From Amoebidium appalachense (taxonomy: Eukaryota > Protista > Ichthyosporea), in the NCBI GenBank assembly GCA_963693365.1, contig CAVNZM010000010.1, positions 2,914,001 to 2,978,000 on the forward strand: a stretch of 64,000 nucleotides of DNA, read 5' to 3'. A model generated the notes under the pieces. The model saw nothing but the letters and a program-made list of their open reading frames with translations. It was not told where the DNA came from and did no database searches. Shown one piece after another: positions 60,469 through 64,000 of this stretch (its first letter is position 1; the number at the start of each line of letters is the position of its first letter). Position numbers and translations under genes: made by a program.

Positions 60469-61854
60469 ATGGTAAACATCGGGTTAGGCGCCCGGCGGGC
60501 CACATCGACGCCCACACTCGGGCACTCTAAGGCCGTGTCCGATGGCAGCCGTAACATGACACCCACCCACACACAGCTACCAGTGCACACCCCCTCACAC
60601 AACACCAGCCATGCCAACATCGAATTTCCCCCCGAAATGCACGCCCAGCACACAAACACTGGGCCGCCAAACCTGCTGGAGATCAAGCGCAGACCCAGCG
60701 GCTTCTCGCGGCTGCTGCGGCGGCTGTCGGGCAGCGGCTACAATGTGCACCGCGAGGGCATGGGCCAGTCCACGGCCACATATGACAGCCCGCCCAGCCC
60801 GACCATGAGCAAGACGGCCAGCGAGTTGCAGGCCAGCAGCAACAACACGTCCCAGGCCACGCTATCGTCTGTGGTTACCACCATCACGCACGACTCGCAG
60901 ACCAACGGCAACCCCCTGACCATTCGCCGTCGTCGCTCGTCCACGGCTGGGCGGGCGTCGCGCTGCGGATCCGTGCTGGATCTGGGCGTGCACCAGGAGG
61001 AGTACCCCGACGGCAGCGGGGCGCAGTCCGAGACGGCCTCGATCGCGCCCAGCATGTCGTCACGGCGCATCAAGTCGCTGTCGGGGGCGTCGGTCAAGCC
61101 CAAGCACCAGGTCATCGAGCTGGCCCAGGAGCTGGGCCACACACGGCGGCGGCTGGACGAGGAGATGTATGCCCGCATCGAGGCTGACTTCCGCGCCACA
61201 GAGCTCGAGCGCAGCCTGGCTGATGCCCGCTCACGCATTGCAACCACGGAGGCACGCCTGCGGGACGTGCAGCTAGAGCTTGCCTGCACGAGGGGCGAGC
61301 GGGACAGCCTGACCACACGGCTGGCGGCCGAGCGGCTACGGGCACAGACGGCCGAGCGCAGGGCCGACGAGGACCGGCGGGACTGCGAGAAGGTCAACGG
61401 CTGGTACCTGGCGCTGCTGATGGAGGTCGAGCGGCAGTCGCAGCTGCTGGACGATGTGCGGCGCACCCTCGTGGACCAGCTGCCGGCCCACCACGACCTG
61501 CTGGCCTACGAGCTGGGCCGCCTGGCCATCAACGGTGACGTCACGGCACTGGGCCTGCCCGACGACCGGCCACGCATCTACTTCCCGCAGTACGTCGAGG
61601 TCAGCCCGGAGGACGTCGAGGCCCCGCCTCTGCTCTCGGTGGCCCGCACACACACGGCCCCGCCAAGGCACCAGCTGACAGACGCCTGGGAAACGGCCCT
61701 GACCATGCCGGACAGCAGCGACAGCCTGCACAGGCCCAGCCACGGCCAGGGGCAGGGCCGGGCCAGCGGCAGCACACACAGCGTGTACAGGGAGGAGACA
61801 GTGGCAGAGAGCCAGTGCAGTAGCGGAAACCTGGTAGGCAGTGGCCAGCCATAG
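60469..61854 (+). CDS. Hypothetical 461-aa intronless protein with Ser-rich disordered ends and a central coiled coil
   Basis: Long ORF free of microsatellite sequence, with strong GC3 bias and a heptad-like segment (ELAQELGHTRRRLDEE...RSLADARSRIATTEARLRDVQLEL...). No family recognised. Confidence 0.75.
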   Translation: MVNIGLGARRATSTPTLGHSKAVSDGSRNMTPTHTQLPVHTPSHNTSHANIEFPPEMHAQHTNTGPPNLLEIKRRPSGFSRLLRRLSGSGYNVHREGMGQSTATYDSPPSPTMSKTASELQASSNNTSQATLSSVVTTITHDSQTNGNPLTIRRRRSSTAGRASRCGSVLDLGVHQEEYPDGSGAQSETASIAPSMSSRRIKSLSGASVKPKHQVIELAQELGHTRRRLDEEMYARIEADFRATELERSLADARSRIATTEARLRDVQLELACTRGERDSLTTRLAAERLRAQTAERRADEDRRDCEKVNGWYLALLMEVERQSQLLDDVRRTLVDQLPAHHDLLAYELGRLAINGDVTALGLPDDRPRIYFPQYVEVSPEDVEAPPLLSVARTHTAPPRHQLTDAWETALTMPDSSDSLHRPSHGQGQGRASGSTHSVYREETVAESQCSSGNLVGSGQP

Positions 61855-62367
61855 CACATGTACCTATATATAGTTGTAGCTAATGATAGATTTCGAACTG
61901 TAGGTCAAGGCCGATGTGGGCTTTAAACTTTAACGCTTGTGTATTCCATCATGTGATTCAGATCAACTTCCATTGACCCCGCGTGGTATGGGCCATGGGG
62001 TGAGGGTCCTTCTTGCTTTCCTTTTTTTGAAAGGATGGATTCTCAGTGATTATGCGTGTACATAGTGTTAGGTCGTGCTTTCCGAGGGTAAGGCAGGGGG
62101 GAGGGGCAGGGATTTTCTGTTATATAGCTCTTTCTTTCTTTCTGTTTTTTTGGCTTTAGCACTGGATAAGAGACAGCGCCGGCCACAGCCGTGCTGGTCG
62201 CAAGGTAGCATTTTGGGTGTGGGCCCGGGGAGTGGCTGCAGGCCTGCCACGGTTCGGCCCCACCTGCTGGGGCTGGCCCCAACCATGTACAGTGACGTCA
62301 CATGGAATACAGGCCAAATGACGTCATGCGGCTGCCTGCTGAAAGCTGAAAAAGACCATTTGGGGGG

Positions 62368-62400
<33 letters not shown>

Positions 62401-63694
62401 ATACTACTGCAAGCCACAACTTTCACGTGCACACTCACTCAGCATAGGCCCTTCAGAGTGAAAATACGGTCTTAAACCAACCACCGCTTCTCCCATTTTA
62501 GTGTCTGGGCGCTGAACTCCCGAGAGCCACATTTCTCAAAGCGTCTGGGCCAATCAAGAAACCCAATCAAACTGTGTCACATTGCCGAAGTCGATGATGT
62601 CGACATACGGCAGAGCCGGCTTCAGCCTGTTTTTGTGCCTTTTTCAGGGCTACACGGCGTCATGGAAATTGTGCGCAGAATGACGTCACCAATGTGGCTC
62701 GCCGCCCAGCGGCTAAAATTGGAGTAGAGGTGGTTGCTTTAATCAGCCAATCGAAAAGGACCAAGAGAGTGCATGTGTGGCCGATCAAGAGAGGGTAGAC
62801 CACTGAGAAACATCCATGGGACCTATGGTCCACACCCCTGTGGCCACGTGTGTTCTGCACAGGGATATATAGGCACAAAGAGACCGGATCTGATGGAATG
62901 GTTGGGTGGCAGTGGAAGCCTGCTGCTGGCCTGTGTCTGTGAGAACCACGTTGCTTTTGTGTGCCCTGCCAAGCAGAAGCTTTATGGTATGTGTGGGTGT
63001 AAAAAAGATTAAGGGGGCAGGGGAGGGGGTGGGGGCGGCTGGAGGGGAGGGGGGACAGGGAGTAGGGGCGGTGGGGGTTGGGGGGGTTGGAGTGAGGGTG
63101 GGGGGGGGAAGGGAAGGGGGGGGGGGGGGGAGGCAATGTGTGTCTTTGTAGCCTCTCCTATCACATCCCGTAACCCCCGGGCCTGTGCCATGGTGTGGCC
63201 TGAAGACACGTGCACAGGTGCATGTGCCCTGCAGCAGTGCACGTGCCCAAGCACACGTGGGCCTGGCTGTGTGCAGTATGTGTGCTGTACCAGAGTGGGG
63301 GGCACGGGTGTGTGTGTGTGGACAGGGGGTGAGTGTTGACTGCCTGCCAAAGAGGCACATGAGTGGAATGCGGTGTCTAAGTCCCACATCTGCATGTGCG
63401 TGCCTGAGTTATCAATGTCGTATGGGGGTTGGTGTGTGCTTACCTCAACAGGCAACAGTGGATTGTGTGTGTTTAGCTCTATTTCGTTTTGTCTGGATCC
63501 AATCTACCATATCAGTGTAATGGTGATATCATACGTGCTATGTGCATGTGTCTGAAGTTCACACATGGTTGTGGGTGTCTCAAAATGCCATGCCCGTGTG
63601 TTTGTGCCCGTTTCACGATGTGTGCTCAGGTCGGCCAAGATGTGTGTATATAAATGCACGCACGTTCGCATGTGTGTTCACGTGTGTTTGTGAG

Positions 63695-63773
<79 letters not shown>

Positions 63774-63853
63774 GTGTGTGTGTGTGTGTGTGCGCGCGCG
63801 CCCGTGAGCGTGTGGGCGTGTGTGCGAGTGTGCGTGTATCTGTGTGTCTCAGT

Positions 63854-63886
<33 letters not shown>

Positions 63887-64000
63887 ACTGTGTGTGTGTG
63901 TGTGTGTGCTTGGCACGGTGCTTTCACTGTGGTTATGTGTGCATGTGTGCCTGCACGTTTCATATGAATGTACGGCACTTAGGCTGAGCATTCCCCCCTC

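Overview
Intron-rich eukaryotic DNA full of (CA)n/(TG)n, (CT)n and poly-C/G tracts; nearly all HTHT/CVCV/PPPP ORFs in the track are microsatellite noise. Bases 1-23247 are the 3' part of a large Plavaka (CACTA/CMC-related) DNA transposon whose spliced transposase can be joined across five exons. One intron holds a complete 9.8-kb element with related CATCAGCAA termini and a ~183-bp tandem array. Another intron holds a young full-length Copia LTR retrotransposon. The rest is a host gene cluster reconstructed exon by exon: a 17-exon divergent actin, mitochondrial ribosomal protein L47, a CHRAC1/POLE4-type histone-fold protein, a Golgi glycosyltransferase that appears to join an exostosin-like (GT47) region to a chondroitin-synthase GalNAc-transferase domain, a class C GPCR without a Venus flytrap domain, PTH2 (CDS end overlaps the GPCR CDS end by 7 nt), an SLC25 carrier and an intronless coiled-coil ORF. 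There is also a MITE and an internally deleted DIRS/Ngaro-like element. Gene content suggests a unicellular opisthokont/holozoan, which is inference only. All family assignments are by-eye motif recognition with no database search, and frameshifts in homopolymer runs may be sequencing errors.
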